64,000 nucleotides of DNA, taken from assembly GCA_963748815.1 (NCBI GenBank), contig CAVVKJ010000011.1, positions 32,001 to 96,000 of the forward strand, read 5' to 3'. Both the position numbers and the translations under genes were made by a program. This DNA comes from an uncultured Gemmatimonadales bacterium. GTDB lineage: Bacteria > Gemmatimonadota > Gemmatimonadetes > Gemmatimonadales > GWC2-71-9. The notes below the pieces were generated by a model that saw only the letters and a program-made list of their open reading frames with translations, made no database searches and was not told the DNA's origin. Below, piece after piece: positions 20,427 to 31,443 of the stretch (position 1 is the first letter of the stretch; the number at the start of each line of letters is the position of its first letter).

Positions 20427-21324
20427 ATGCCACATCCCGCCACGGCGGCCAGCCGCCCCACCGCCGGCATTCTCCCCGGCGTCGCCACCCCGGAAGGGGA
20501 GGGGATCACCGTCTACCGGCCCTTCCCTTCCGCTGCCGCCCGCGAAATCGATCCCTTCCTCCTCCTCGACCGCCTGGGCCCGGTGACGATCGCTCCCGGC
20601 GCCGGCGCCGGCGTCCCCCCGCACCCGCATGCCGGGTTCGAGGTGGTGAGCTACATCCTCCAGGGCGGGCTGGAGCACCGCGACTCGGCGGGCCACCACG
20701 GCCGCCTCGGCGCCGGCGACGTGCAGTGGATGACCGCCGGGTCCGGCATCGTCCACTCCGAGATGCCTGCCGAGGACCTCCGCGCCCGCGGTGGAACGCT
20801 CGAGGCCATCCAGCTCTGGATCAATCTCCCCGCCCGCGACAAGCAGATGCCGCCGCGCTACGGCGACGTGCCGGCGGCGAACATCCCCGTGGCGACCTCG
20901 GCCGACGGCCTCGCCACCGTGCGTGTCATCGCCGGCGAGGCGCTCGGCGCCAGCGCCACTCTCCCGCTCCGCACCGCCATCACCTACCTGCACTGGACGC
21001 TGGAGCCGGGCGCCGTCGTCACCCAAGCCGTTGCCCGACGGCACCGAGGCCCTGGCCTATGTGCTCGACGGCGGGGCGCGTTTCGGCAGTGATGCCGCCA
21101 GAGCGGGACGGGATGAACTGGTTCGGTTCGCCGGGGAGAACGGTCCCGTCACCGTCCGCGTGCCGACAGACGGCGCGCGCACCGAGGTGCTCCTGCTGGC
21201 CGGCCCGCCGACCGGCGAGCCCGTCGCGCGCTCGGGGCCGTTCGTCATGAACACGATGGCGGAGATTCGGGAGGTGATCGGGAGGTACCGAGGGGGCGCG
21301 CTGGGGGACATTCCGTCGGATTGA
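20427..21324 (+). CDS. Pirin family protein (frameshift near 21025)
   Basis: DPFLLLD, HPHAGFE, HRDS.G, WMTAG.GIVHSE, QLWINLP; C-terminus GEPV..GPFVMNT in a second frame. Confidence 0.9.
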
Positions 21325-21333
21325 GGTGGCGCG

Positions 21334-21969
21334 CTACGCGCCGGGCCGACTCCGGAGCCGGAGGAGGTGCTTGAGCCGGGTGTGATCCTCCCGCTCCCGT
21401 TCCTCGAGCAGCGCGCGAACCCGGTGGATCTCACCGGCGAGTCCGGGGGCGACGCGGTTCTCCAGCGTGTTGACCTGGCGTGACGTGCGGCGGAGCGCCT
21501 CCGCCAGTCGGCGCAGCAGCAACTCGGTGGACGCCGCGTCGAGCAGGAGTTCCACCATCTGTTCAAACTCGTTCGCCGCCGTCGCCGCGGCCGGCCCGGT
21601 CAGCGGCGCCGCCTGTCCCCGGGCGTCAAGCGTCCGGCGGAGTGGCGTCAGTCGCTGCACCGCCCCGCTCGCCACCCCCCACGATTCCATGACCGTCAAT
21701 TCCACCTCGACCTGTCGCGTCGGCCACCCCATCGCGTCCAGACCGGCGGCACCGTGGATGGCGGCCGCGCCGAGGAGGGCCGGGTAGGCGCGCGCCGCGC
21801 TCGCCTCCACCCGGCCCCGCGCCTCGATGGCGGGCGTGGCCACCTTGAAGAGGTCGGCCACCAGCGCCTGTCGCTTCCGGGTAAGCAGGTCGATACCCTT
21901 GCGCACCCGCTCGAGCCGGCGGCGATGCCGGATCAGGTTCGACCTGGTCGGGGGACCGAGGACTTTCAC
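21334..21969 (-). CDS. atpD: V/A-type ATPase subunit D
   Basis: PTRSNL, G.DLL.RKR.AL, RRTSRQVNTLE, LEERERED. Confidence 0.92.
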   Translation of the reverse strand: MKVLGPPTRSNLIRHRRRLERVRKGIDLLTRKRQALVADLFKVATPAIEARGRVEASAARAYPALLGAAAIHGAAGLDAMGWPTRQVEVELTVMESWGVASGAVQRLTPLRRTLDARGQAAPLTGPAAATAANEFEQMVELLLDAASTELLLRRLAEALRRTSRQVNTLENRVAPGLAGEIHRVRALLEEREREDHTRLKHLLRLRSRPGA

Positions 21970-23348
21970 GTGGCCCCCTCGCGCCCTGCCCGCCGCGCCC
22001 ACGCCTCCTCCGGAATTCGGTGGAGGTCCTCGCGGGGGAGCGTCTCCAGCAGGGTCCATCCGATTTCGAGCGTTTCCGCGATGGTGCGGCGCGCCCCACC
22101 CTGGTCGATGAATTCCTTCTCGAACCGCTCCGTGAACTCCAGCGCCCGGCGATCGGCGGGGGGCAGTCCCGACTCGCCGACGATGGCCGCGGTGAGCCGC
22201 GCCTCGCGCCCCTGGGCATAGACGGCATAGAGCTGGTCCGACCAGCGGCGGTGATCGGGCGCGGTGCCCGCCCCGATTCCGGCCCCCATCAACCGCGAGA
22301 GGGACGGCAGCACGTCGATCGGCGGGAAGACACCGCGCCGGTCGAGTTCACGGCTCAGCACGATCTGTCCCTCGGTGATGTACCCGGTCAGGTCGGGAAT
22401 CGGGTGCGTGATGTCGTCGTCCGGCATGGAGAGGATAGGGAGCTGCGTGATCGAGCCCGCCGAGCCGCGCACCACGCCGGCGCGCTCGAAGATGGAGGCG
22501 AGGTCGGTATACATGTAGCCCGGATAGCCGCGGCGGCCGGGAATCTCCTCGCGCGCGGCGCCGAGTTCGCGCAGCGCCTCGCAGTAGTTGGTGGCGTCGG
22601 CCAGGACGACCAGCACCTGCATTCCGCGCTCGAAGGCGAGGTACTCCGCCTGCGCCAGCGCGAGCCGGGGCGCCAGCAGCCGCTCGATGGTGGGATCGCC
22701 GGTCCGGTTGAGATAGAACACGCTCCGGGCGAGCGCTTCGCTCGACTCGAACCGCCGCAGGAAGTGTTGGGTTTCCCGCTGCGTCAATCCGATCGCGACG
22801 AAGATGACGGCAAACGGTTCACCGTGCGTGGTCCGCGCATCGGCCACGACGCGCGCCGCCAGCTCCAGGCCCGGGAGTCCGGCGCCGGAGAAGATCGGGA
22901 GCTTCTGCCCGCGCACCAGCGTGTTCATCCCGTCGATGGCGGAGATGCCGGTCTCAATGAAGTCGGCGGGCTTGCGGCGGCAGACCGGGTTGAGGGGCGC
23001 CGCCCACGCCGCGCGGCGCGCCGAGCCCACCGGCGCCGGCAGTCCGTCGAGCGGCGCACCGGAGCCGGCAAAGACCCGGCCCAGCAACTCCTCGCCCACC
23101 ACCGCGCGCGCCATGTCGCCGGTGAGAGTGACGGCGGTGCCGGCCGGCGCCAGCCCCACCGTGTCCTCGAACACCTGCACCACCGTGGCGCCGCGGCTGA
23201 CGTCGATGACCTGGCCACGCCGGGCCGGTTGTCCCGGCGCGGCGATGCGCACCCACTCGCCCAGGACGGCGCGGTGCGCGTTCGACACGGTGAGCAGCGG
23301 GCCGGCGGCCGCGTCGGCGCCGGCGTAGGTGCGGGGGGTGCCGCTCAC
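21966..23348 (-). CDS. atpB: V/A-type ATPase subunit B
   Basis: [57 protein letters not shown]. Confidence 0.96.
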   Translation of the reverse strand: MSGTPRTYAGADAAAGPLLTVSNAHRAVLGEWVRIAAPGQPARRGQVIDVSRGATVVQVFEDTVGLAPAGTAVTLTGDMARAVVGEELLGRVFAGSGAPLDGLPAPVGSARRAAWAAPLNPVCRRKPADFIETGISAIDGMNTLVRGQKLPIFSGAGLPGLELAARVVADARTTHGEPFAVIFVAIGLTQRETQHFLRRFESSEALARSVFYLNRTGDPTIERLLAPRLALAQAEYLAFERGMQVLVVLADATNYCEALRELGAAREEIPGRRGYPGYMYTDLASIFERAGVVRGSAGSITQLPILSMPDDDITHPIPDLTGYITEGQIVLSRELDRRGVFPPIDVLPSLSRLMGAGIGAGTAPDHRRWSDQLYAVYAQGREARLTAAIVGESGLPPADRRALEFTERFEKEFIDQGGARRTIAETLEIGWTLLETLPREDLHRIPEEAWARRAGREGAT

Positions 23349-25033
23349 GGTGTCGCTCCTTCCGGCGAGGCCCGCAGCGCCACCAGGGCCCGGCGGACTT
23401 CGGTGACGTCGATGGCCGCCATCGTCCCGCCGGCCGAGAGCGCCTCGGCGCCGCCGCGGTGAAAGCGGTGGATCGTGTCCGCGAGCCGCCAGGTCTTCGT
23501 CACCGGCGAGCTCGCGTCCGCGGGGTCATAGGCGCTCTGGCCGATGAGGAACTCGCGCAGCAGCCGCGCCGTCTCGAGAATCAACCGGTCCTGGTCCTCC
23601 AGCGCGTCCGGCCCGACGAGCCCGGCCACCTCCCGAAGCTCCCGGTCCCGCTGCAAGAGCGCGAAGGTCTCGCGCCGAAGCGTGGTCCACTCGGCGCCGC
23701 CGTGCTCCTCGAACCAGGGCATCACGTCAGCGGCCTGCAGGCTGTAGCTGGTTTCCCAGTCCACGGCGGGAAACTGCCGCTGGTGGGCCAGCGAGGCATC
23801 GAGCGCCCACAGGGCGCCCGCCACCCGCAGCGCGGCCTGCGTCACCGGCTCGGAAAAGTCGCCGCCCGGCGGCGAGAGGGCGTTGATGAGAGTGACGGCA
23901 CCTTCGCGCTTGCCGGCGCCCAGCGCCTGCGCCCGCCCCGCCCGTTCGAAGAGCTTGCCGAGTCGGTTGCCGAGCGACGTGGGATACCCTTCCTCTCCGG
24001 GCATTTCGCGGAGCAGCGACCCGATTTCCCGAAGCGCCTCCGCCCACCGGCTGAGCGAGTCGGCCATCATCGCCACGCGGTACCCCATGTCGCGGTAGTA
24101 CTCCGCGATGGTGAGCCCGAGGTAGACCGACGCCTCACGGGCCGCCACCGGCATGTTGGAGGTGTTCACCACGAGGACGGTCCGGTCCATCAGCGAGCGG
24201 CCGGTGCGCGGGTCCTCCAGCGAGGGAAACTCCTCGAGCACGTCGGCCATCTCGTTGCCGCGCTCGCCGCAGCCCACATACACCACGATGTCGGCCATGG
24301 CGTACTTGGCCAGGGACTGCTCGATGACCGTCTTCCCGGTGCCGAATCCGCCCGGCACCGCGACCGATCCGCCCTCCGCCACCGGAAAGAGGAAATCGAA
24401 GACCCGCTGGCCGGTGATGAACGGCCGGTCGGCGGGGAGCCATCGTTCCACGGGCCGGGGGACGCGCACCGGCCACCGCTGCATCAGGGTCAGGACGGTT
24501 CCGTCCGCCAGCCGCCCGATCGGCTCGTCCACCGCGTACACCCCGGCCGCGAGTTCGGCGAGCACGCCCTCCAACGTCGGCGGCAGGAGCACCCGGTGCG
24601 TGACACCCGCGTTCTCCTCGACGGTGCCGAGTTCGTCGCCTGCGCCCACCCGGTCCCCCACCTTCGCAGACGGGGTGAAGGCCCAGCGGCGGGACCGGTC
24701 GAGGGTCGGCGCGACGGTGCCAGTGGAGAGAAAGTTCCCTTCCTGATCGGCGAGCCGGCTCAACGGTCGCCCGGTGCCGTCGAGCACCGAGCCGAGGAGC
24801 CCGGGGCCGAGTTCCGCCTGGAGCGGCGCGCCGGTGGCCTCCACCGGCTCCTCGAGCGCCAGGCCGGTGGTGTCTTCAAACACCTGCGCCGTGGCGGTCT
24901 CACCCTGGATGCGGATGACCTCGCCGAGCAGCCGTCGGTGCCCGACCCGCACGATTTCGTAGAGCGCCGCCTGTGGCAACGGGGCCACCTCGACCAGCGC
25001 GCCGGCAGCGCGCACGACACGGGCGCCGATCAC
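23345..25033 (-). CDS. atpA: V/A-type ATPase subunit A
   Basis: P-loop [51 protein letters not shown]. Confidence 0.96.
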   Translation of the reverse strand: MIGARVVRAAGALVEVAPLPQAALYEIVRVGHRRLLGEVIRIQGETATAQVFEDTTGLALEEPVEATGAPLQAELGPGLLGSVLDGTGRPLSRLADQEGNFLSTGTVAPTLDRSRRWAFTPSAKVGDRVGAGDELGTVEENAGVTHRVLLPPTLEGVLAELAAGVYAVDEPIGRLADGTVLTLMQRWPVRVPRPVERWLPADRPFITGQRVFDFLFPVAEGGSVAVPGGFGTGKTVIEQSLAKYAMADIVVYVGCGERGNEMADVLEEFPSLEDPRTGRSLMDRTVLVVNTSNMPVAAREASVYLGLTIAEYYRDMGYRVAMMADSLSRWAEALREIGSLLREMPGEEGYPTSLGNRLGKLFERAGRAQALGAGKREGAVTLINALSPPGGDFSEPVTQAALRVAGALWALDASLAHQRQFPAVDWETSYSLQAADVMPWFEEHGGAEWTTLRRETFALLQRDRELREVAGLVGPDALEDQDRLILETARLLREFLIGQSAYDPADASSPVTKTWRLADTIHRFHRGGAEALSAGGTMAAIDVTEVRRALVALRASPEGATP

Positions 25034-25356
25034 CGGAGCCTCACGCGATAGCCGATGGCCCGGCGAAGGAGTTCGACCACCTGCTCTTCGGCCGACGCCG
25101 TGGCGCGCCACGCCGGCCCCGGAAAGGGCACCACGATCGGCTGGGCCACCCGATCGACCGTCGTCCGCAGGTCCGGCGCGAGCGTGTCGTAGAGCGACTC
25201 CTCGAGGAGCACCACCCCGACTTCAGGTCGCTGCAGCAGCGCGCGCAGCATGGTGTCCGCCACGCTCTCGTCGTCGGTCATGTCGGCGGCGAGCCCCGCG
25301 AGCCCGAACCCGGCCGCGGTAGTGGGTCGACAGAGCACACGCACGCCGTGGGTCAT
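25030..25356 (-). CDS. atpF: V/A-type ATPase subunit F
   Basis: [19 protein letters not shown]; position between C and A. Confidence 0.88.
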   Translation of the reverse strand: MTHGVRVLCRPTTAAGFGLAGLAADMTDDESVADTMLRALLQRPEVGVVLLEESLYDTLAPDLRTTVDRVAQPIVVPFPGPAWRATASAEEQVVELLRRAIGYRVRLR

Positions 25357-26375
25357 GCGGCCTCCGGCATCAGCGAGGCAAGCGTGGACGCCGGTGCGCC
25401 GAACGCCGCCCCCCAGGCGATGGCGCGCAGGGCACGCGCTTCGGCACGAATCCGCTCGAGGACGGCGAGCACCAGCGCCGGTCCCAGCGGATCGCGCCGC
25501 GCGAGCGAGCGCAGCCAGACGATGCGCGCCGCCGCCGCGCGGGACTCGACGGCGGGCCAGTCCACCGGCGCTTGCGCGAGAGCGGAGCCGAGTGCGGTGC
25601 CCTCGAAGAGATGGCCCAACTCCGCCACCACCCGGTCGCCATCGCGCTCCCCCCGGAGGCGGCTGAACTGGTCACGCGTCAGCAGCGCGCCGCCCGCCAG
25701 GAAGGCCTCGTCACCCGCCTCGCCGGGAATCGGGGGTGCCGCCAGCAACAGGGTCCAGACGTTCTCCTGGTCCACCAGTTCGGCCGCGAAGCGGCGCACG
25801 ACCGGTCCGCCGGCGCGGGCGGCCCGGACGGCGCGCGCACTGAAGAGCCGGGCGAGTCCCCATTCGAGATCGCGCAGCCCGGGTGACGGAGTCCGTCGCA
25901 ACATCTCCTCGAGCACCCGACCGGCGGGGTGTCCGGCCCGCACGAGGTCGCGCGCCAAGTCGGGTACAGAGGCCGCGCGCGCCAACCGCTCGAGTGTGCG
26001 CGGCGGAAGGGCCGGCGTCGGGGTCGCCGCCCGGAGCCGTGCGCCGGGCGAGGCGCCCTGCGCGGCCCCGCGCAACAGCGCCCGGACGGTCCGGCGCTCC
26101 TCGTCCTCCAGCACGACGGCCAGCACGGCGCCGCGCCCGGCGAGCCATCGGCCGAGGAGGTTGAGCCGGTCGGCCGCCAGCAGGGTCACGGCGCGGTCGA
26201 ACGCCGGCGGATCGACCACGGCGCCCAACCCCGGGTCGAGGGGATACCCGAGTGCCGAGAGTCGCGAAAGGAAGGCGGGCCAGTCGGGAGCGGAGGCGAG
26301 CGTCGCCAGCGCGTCCCGGTCGAGCAGGTGGGTGGCGAGGCCGCGGGCGCGGGCGTTCACGTCGTCCCAGCGCAT
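25353..26375 (-). CDS. atpC: V/A-type ATPase subunit C (d/AC39)
   Basis: NARARGL...LL start, E...LRAIAWG end; 340 aa; operon position. Confidence 0.88.
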   Translation of the reverse strand: MRWDDVNARARGLATHLLDRDALATLASAPDWPAFLSRLSALGYPLDPGLGAVVDPPAFDRAVTLLAADRLNLLGRWLAGRGAVLAVVLEDEERRTVRALLRGAAQGASPGARLRAATPTPALPPRTLERLARAASVPDLARDLVRAGHPAGRVLEEMLRRTPSPGLRDLEWGLARLFSARAVRAARAGGPVVRRFAAELVDQENVWTLLLAAPPIPGEAGDEAFLAGGALLTRDQFSRLRGERDGDRVVAELGHLFEGTALGSALAQAPVDWPAVESRAAAARIVWLRSLARRDPLGPALVLAVLERIRAEARALRAIAWGAAFGAPASTLASLMPEAA

Positions 26376-26377
26376 GC

Positions 26378-26953
26378 TCAGCTCCCCTCGATCCGGGCGC
26401 AGAGCCCGATGGCGAGCTCGGCCCGGCGCCGCGCCAGGATAGCCGCGAGGGTGTTGTCCACGGTCACGCGCCCGTCGGCGGAGCGTCCGGTGACGCCCGC
26501 CGAGACGTCGGCGGACTCGATCGAGAGGTTCGGCCGATCACGAACCGCGGCGGCCACCGCCGTGGCCGCATCGGCGGGGCTCTGCAAGACGGCCGGCGCC
26601 CGCTCCAAGTACCGTGCGGCGTCCACCGCGAGGGCCCCGATGCTCGGCGCGTACCGCGCCACGGCCATCCGGTCCAGCGCCGCCGTCGCGGCCTCGAAGA
26701 CCTGATCGAGGACGCGCACCCGCACCGTGAGGAAGCGGTCTCTCGCCTGGGCCCGGGCCGCGGCGACCTGGCGCTCGACGTGGACCCGCCGCTGTCCGGC
26801 CACCCGCTCGAGGTGCAGGGCGCGCGTCCGCGCCGCGTCCGCCTCGGCGCGCGCGATCACCTCCGCCGCCTGCCGCTCCGCGTCGTGCCGGATCCTGGCC
26901 GATTCGCGAATCGCGTCCTCCTCCAGGTGGAGGAGCAGGGCGTCGACGCTCAT
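26378..26953 (-). CDS. atpE: V/A-type ATPase subunit E
   Basis: N-terminal coiled coil, GV...DGRVTVDNTL. Confidence 0.88.
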   Translation of the reverse strand: MSVDALLLHLEEDAIRESARIRHDAERQAAEVIARAEADAARTRALHLERVAGQRRVHVERQVAAARAQARDRFLTVRVRVLDQVFEAATAALDRMAVARYAPSIGALAVDAARYLERAPAVLQSPADAATAVAAAVRDRPNLSIESADVSAGVTGRSADGRVTVDNTLAAILARRRAELAIGLCARIEGS

Positions 26954-26957
26954 CCGC

Positions 26958-27179
26958 TCAGCCGCCGGCGCGCAGCATGATGAGGACCGCCACCACGAAC
27001 CCGAGGATGGCCATCGTCTCCGGGATGGCGACCAGGAGAATGGCCGTCGTGCTGAGTTCAGGCTTCTCCGCCAGGCTGGCGGAGATCGCCGGCCCGATGC
27101 GCGACTGCGCCCAGCCGGTGGCCAGCGCCGGGATGCTGACGGCCAGTGCGGCGCTGAGGGGAATCAGGAACGCTTCCAT
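26958..27179 (-). CDS. atpK: V/A-type ATPase proteolipid subunit K (c), single hairpin
   Basis: ATGWAQSRIG...AIPETMAILGFVVA with the essential Glu. Confidence 0.92.
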   Translation of the reverse strand: MEAFLIPLSAALAVSIPALATGWAQSRIGPAISASLAEKPELSTTAILLVAIPETMAILGFVVAVLIMLRAGG

Positions 27180-27194
27180 GCGACCTCCGTGGGT

Positions 27195-29072
27195 TCAGCC
27201 GGCGTGCCCGCTGGGACGCCAGTGCGCAAAGGGGCGGTACGCCTGCCCGCCAGGACTGTGGAACTTTCCGAAGAACTCGACATAGTGCAGCCGCAATCCG
27301 TGGATGGTCGGGGCAAAGATGCCGAGCGCGAAATTGACGAGATGGAACAGCAGCGCGAAGAGCACGCCGACGAGCACGCTGCCGACGCTGCCGGCCAGTT
27401 CGTTCGCCACCACCGCCATCATCACCGACGCGGTACCGAGCGCCATGATGCGGGCGTAGGAGAGGATGTTGCTCAGGGTGGAGAGGAACTCGATCGGCGC
27501 GATGATCCCCTCCGCCAGGATCAGCACGGGAAAGAGCACCAGCAGGCCGATGACCGCGGGCGTCAGGAAGCCGTGGGGGAGGACTTCGAGGGCCGCCAGC
27601 AGCACCACGACGATCAGGAGCACCATGACCAGCGAGGCGCCCTTCCCGACCGCCTGCCGCGGGTGGCCGCGGCTGGCGTTGTACACGCCGAGCGCCAGGC
27701 CGAGGACGATGTGGACGGCGCCGATGGCGATGGCCAGGCCGAGGAAAGCGAGGAGTGAATGTTCGCGGTCGAGGAGGAGGGGCCGCAGGCCGAACCACCG
27801 CGCGCCCAGGTCGCCGAAGAACTCCCCGAAGGCGAAGCCGAACGCGACGGTGAACGCCGCGCCCGCGCCAAGCACTTCCGCGACGGCGCGCCGGGTGCTG
27901 CCCGGGGCGCCACCGCGCCGGAGCCAGAGCGCGATGATCGCCAGGACGAGCCCATAGCCGATGTCACCGAGAATCAGGCCGAAGAACATCGGAAAGAAGA
28001 CGGCGACGAACGGCGTGGGGTCGATGGTGCCATACGCGGGCAGGGGGACCATCCGGGTGATGGTCTCGAACGGCCGGAAGAGGCGCGGATTCTGGAGCAC
28101 GACGGGCGCCGACTCCCCCACCCAATCCTCGCGCGCCACCGACTCGATCACGACCCCGTCGCCGAATCGTCTCGCGAGCGTCTGGGCCAACCGGGGGTAG
28201 CCGGCGGCGGGAATCCACCCTTCGACCACGAAGCTGCGCGGCGTCGCCGCGACCTTCTCCAGCGCGGCGAGCCCCAGCAGCCGGTCCTCCACGGCGGCGC
28301 GCGCCTCACCCAATCGGGGAGCGAGCTCCATCGAGATGGCGCGGCGTTGCTCTTCCAGCTCCGCCAATTCCGCGTCGATCGCATCACGGCGCGCCGTAAG
28401 CGTGGGCCCCAGCTGTCCGAGGGTCTTCCCGCCGCTCCCGTCCGGCATCGGAAGCTCGTGCACGCCGGCCTGGGCGAGCAGGCGCTCGACGCGGGGCGCG
28501 TCCGCGGGCGACACCAGGAGGACGGCGGCGAGTTCCCCGGAGGAGAGCGGCGCCGTCTCGAGCACAAACTCGTCGCCGATGGCCTGGGCCAGCCCCTCCC
28601 GCAGGCGAGCGACGACGCTGGTCTCCTGGCCACGCAGGACCAGGTGGTAGCCGTGGGTTCGGGTGCCGCTGCTGGCGGGGAGCAGTCCGCGGAAGGCGCC
28701 AATGAACTCGAGGAGCCGGCTCGTCTCCGTACGTGCGTCTTCGAGGGTCCGCTGCTTCGCGCCTATCCGGTCGGCGTCCCGACGGGCCCGGCGGAATTGT
28801 CGGAGCCAGGCGGCAAAGGCGGGAGCGTCGGGAAGAGGTGCTGTCGGGGAGCCAGTACCGAACCGTGCGGTGAGGGCGTCGACATCGCGGAGCAGCGCGC
28901 GGAGCCGTCTCGCCTCCCGCGCCTCCCTCGGCTGTGGTTCAACGGGACGGAGCGCGCCGGTCGGGTGGGCCTCCGAGAGCTGGAGGAGGCCGACGTCCTG
29001 CACGGCGTGGAGCACCGCATCGAGCTCGTCGCGGGGTCCGAGAATGCGGGCACGCACCATCGGGAGGATCAT
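27195..29072 (-). CDS. atpI: V/A-type ATPase subunit I (a)
   Basis: EGWIP, PFE, DPTPF..FFP.FFG..LGDIGYG, SNILSYARIMALG, HGLRLHYVEFFGKF. Confidence 0.95.
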   Translation of the reverse strand: MILPMVRARILGPRDELDAVLHAVQDVGLLQLSEAHPTGALRPVEPQPREAREARRLRALLRDVDALTARFGTGSPTAPLPDAPAFAAWLRQFRRARRDADRIGAKQRTLEDARTETSRLLEFIGAFRGLLPASSGTRTHGYHLVLRGQETSVVARLREGLAQAIGDEFVLETAPLSSGELAAVLLVSPADAPRVERLLAQAGVHELPMPDGSGGKTLGQLGPTLTARRDAIDAELAELEEQRRAISMELAPRLGEARAAVEDRLLGLAALEKVAATPRSFVVEGWIPAAGYPRLAQTLARRFGDGVVIESVAREDWVGESAPVVLQNPRLFRPFETITRMVPLPAYGTIDPTPFVAVFFPMFFGLILGDIGYGLVLAIIALWLRRGGAPGSTRRAVAEVLGAGAAFTVAFGFAFGEFFGDLGARWFGLRPLLLDREHSLLAFLGLAIAIGAVHIVLGLALGVYNASRGHPRQAVGKGASLVMVLLIVVVLLAALEVLPHGFLTPAVIGLLVLFPVLILAEGIIAPIEFLSTLSNILSYARIMALGTASVMMAVVANELAGSVGSVLVGVLFALLFHLVNFALGIFAPTIHGLRLHYVEFFGKFHSPGGQAYRPFAHWRPSGHAG

Positions 29073-29431
29073 GCCGATTCCTCTCCCGCGATCCGAAGCA
29101 CTTCCTCGACGACCCAGGCGGCGTGACCCTGGAGATCCGCCGACCCCACGGTTTCGTATCGGTGCCGCCGCGCAGCGAGCGCCGCCTCCTCCTCCGCGAT
29201 CCTCGCTTCCGTCTCGATCGTCAAGCGGGCCGACAACTCGGCGTCGGCGGACGCCAGCTCCACGGCGAGCGAACTCGCCCGGGCCTCTGCCCGCGCTTTT
29301 CCTCGCTCCAGGACCTCCTCGGCGTCGAGGCGCGCCTGTGCCAGCATCGCCTCGAGGCGGGACTCCACATCGAGAAGACGGGCGAGGGCGCTCCGAGGCG
29401 CCGGATCGGGAGCTGACGTCGTGCGTCGCAT
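29069..29431 (-). CDS. V/A-type ATPase peripheral stalk subunit G/H (putative)
   Basis: 120 aa Ala/Glu/Arg-rich helical protein, first in operon, overlapping the atpI start. Confidence 0.7.
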   Translation of the reverse strand: MRRTTSAPDPAPRSALARLLDVESRLEAMLAQARLDAEEVLERGKARAEARASSLAVELASADAELSARLTIETEARIAEEEAALAARRHRYETVGSADLQGHAAWVVEEVLRIAGEESA

Positions 29432-29527
29432 GGCTCATCCCGTCGGCCCAAGGGTTGGTAGGCCGTGATGAATACTGCCGGTCTCCGTGTGAAGAGAGGG
29501 GGAGTGGGTTCTGAAGGGACCTTTAGG

Positions 29528-29589
29528 GCGGGGAAGCAGGGAAGCGGGGAAGCGGGGAAGCGGGGAAGCGGGGAAGCGGGGAAGCGGGG
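29528..29589 (+). repeat. (GCGGGGAA)n tandem array, ~7.7 units
   Basis: Read directly; one variant unit GCAGGGAA. Confidence 0.95.
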
Positions 29590-29631
29590 TCGACGATAGC
29601 GTCTTCCCAAGCGCTGCGCTAGCATTGAGAT

Positions 29632-29968
29632 ATGACTGTCCCGCGGGTCCCGTCACCCAGATATCAGGCCATCTACTCGACCGTCCGTCGCATCCCGCGG
29701 GGGCGGGTGGCGAGTTACGGACAGGTGGCGCGCGAGGCCGGGCTCACCAACGCTGCCCGCCAGGTGGGGTACGCCCTGCACGCCCTGGGGGCCGGGTTCG
29801 ACCGTGCCCTGGCACCGGGTGGTCAACGCCCAGGGGGCCATCAGCCTGCGGGATCACCACGCGCTGACCCAGCACATGCTGTTGCGGCGCGAGGGGGTCC
29901 GGTTCGATTCCAAGGGCCGTGTGGAGCTCGCCCGGTTTCGATGGGCGCCCCGTCGGCGGGCCTCCTGA
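29632..29968 (+). CDS. Alkyltransferase-like protein (Atl/YbaZ, MGMT family), frameshift near 29795
   Basis: IPRGRVASYGQVA..AG...AARQVGYAL, then VPWHRVVNAQG in another frame; Trp replaces the catalytic Cys. Confidence 0.85.
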
Positions 29969-30918
29969 CGGCGTGGCGGGCGGCAGCGTGCGTCGCGGCG
30001 CTCCACCCGCTGTTCGCAGCGGGACTGGAGGCACAAAGTGCGCCGCCCACCGAGGCCGGGTTCGTGCTGGTGCAGCACACTGAGCTCGCCGGAGCCAATG
30101 CAGGCATGATGTTCCGGTATCAGCGCCCCGACGGCGTCGGGGTGGAACTCTTCGTCACGCCGCTCCCGCCGTCGTTCGACCCGTGCACCGAGCTGTGCGC
30201 CGAGCGAGCGGTCGAATTGCTCTCGAGCCAGTTTACCCGGGCGCTCATGATTGACCTGGAGCACACTGCCGCCGACAGCGTCCGCCGCGTGGGGTCCATC
30301 ACCGTGGCGCCGCCGCCGGGGAGCTGGCTCGAGCACGGTCAGCTCACGGCCCTGCGGGAGTATCACGGCGATCGCGCCGCGGATTCCTACGTCTGGCTTT
30401 TCCTGGGACGGGAGACGCTGGTCCAGGTCCGGGGCGCGTACCCGGCCGGCGGACTCGATTTCAACGCGCTCGAGCGGTTCGTGCAGACCATCGTCCTGGC
30501 GGTGCCCGCGCCTTATGATTGTCCGTGGGGGGTGAGCACGGACCCCGCGCTCCTGAAACTCTATCCGCTCGACGTCCCGATGGCGCGGCTGCCGTTCCTG
30601 GTGGATTCCACGCTCGCGGCCCTCGGGTACAACTTTGACTTTCGGAGCGAGGCCACCGGACTCTGGCGCACCGTGCCGCGGTACGCCTGGCCCGCGGGAT
30701 CGACCCTCGACGCGACCGCTGGCACGACTCGACCGGGCATCGTCCTGGTGGTGGTGGTCGCCTTCGACGAGGGGCATTCGGTCGTGGGTATTTCCGCCCG
30801 CGGCGTCTGCCAGGTTCCGGTATCGCCGGAGCACCCGGGCGCCACCGCCCAGCTCGTACGGATGGCGACCGACTCCGCGCTGGATGCGATCCTCGGCGCG
30901 GCAGGCCACATCCGATGA
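29941..30918 (+). CDS. Hypothetical exported protein
   Basis: Signal-like N-terminus ending LEA|Q; 3' part of ORF 29632..30918. Confidence 0.65.
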   Translation: MGAPSAGLLTAWRAAACVAALHPLFAAGLEAQSAPPTEAGFVLVQHTELAGANAGMMFRYQRPDGVGVELFVTPLPPSFDPCTELCAERAVELLSSQFTRALMIDLEHTAADSVRRVGSITVAPPPGSWLEHGQLTALREYHGDRAADSYVWLFLGRETLVQVRGAYPAGGLDFNALERFVQTIVLAVPAPYDCPWGVSTDPALLKLYPLDVPMARLPFLVDSTLAALGYNFDFRSEATGLWRTVPRYAWPAGSTLDATAGTTRPGIVLVVVVAFDEGHSVVGISARGVCQVPVSPEHPGATAQLVRMATDSALDAILGAAGHIR

Positions 30919-31418
30919 GTGACGACCGGACACCGTCTCGCCCCCTCGACCCGCGGGTGGACATCGGGCATGTTCACCTGAAAGTGGCCGACCTCGAGCG
31001 GGCGCTCGCCTTCTACTGCGGCGTCCTTGGCTTCGAGTTGACCCAGCGCTACGGCGACGGCGCCGCGTTCGTGAGCGCGGGCGGCTATCATCATCACATC
31101 GGGCTCAACACCTGGGAGAGCCTGGGCGGCGCGCCACCACCCGCCGGCAGCACCGGCCTCTACCACACCGCCATCCGCTATCCCGACCGGGCGTCGCTGG
31201 GCGACGCCCTCCGCCGGGTGCTCGACGCCGGCATCCGACTGGACGGCGCCAGCGACCACGGGGTGAGCGAAGCGCTCTACCTCCGCGATCCCGACGACAA
31301 CGGCGTCGAGCTCTATCGAGACCGTCCCCGAGAGGAATGGCCGCGGGACGCCACTGGTGCGCTGGTCATGGGCACCGGCCCCTTGGACATCCGGGCACTG
31401 CTGCGCGAGGCGCCATGA
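30915..31418 (+). CDS. VOC/glyoxalase family protein (CatE-like)
   Basis: IGHVHLKVADL, GGYHHHIGLNTW, GLYH.AI, DHGVSEALYLRDPD.NGVELY. Confidence 0.9.
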   Translation: MSDDRTPSRPLDPRVDIGHVHLKVADLERALAFYCGVLGFELTQRYGDGAAFVSAGGYHHHIGLNTWESLGGAPPPAGSTGLYHTAIRYPDRASLGDALRRVLDAGIRLDGASDHGVSEALYLRDPDDNGVELYRDRPREEWPRDATGALVMGTGPLDIRALLREAP

Positions 31419-31443
31419 CCGGCATCAACGCGGGAGGGGAGCG

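Noticed and set aside
29632..30918. Apparent 428-aa fusion of an MGMT-like N-terminus to an exported domain
   Set aside because: A one-base insertion near 29795 explains it: the PWHRV half of the Atl protein continues in another frame and stops at 29968, and a separate gene starts at 29941
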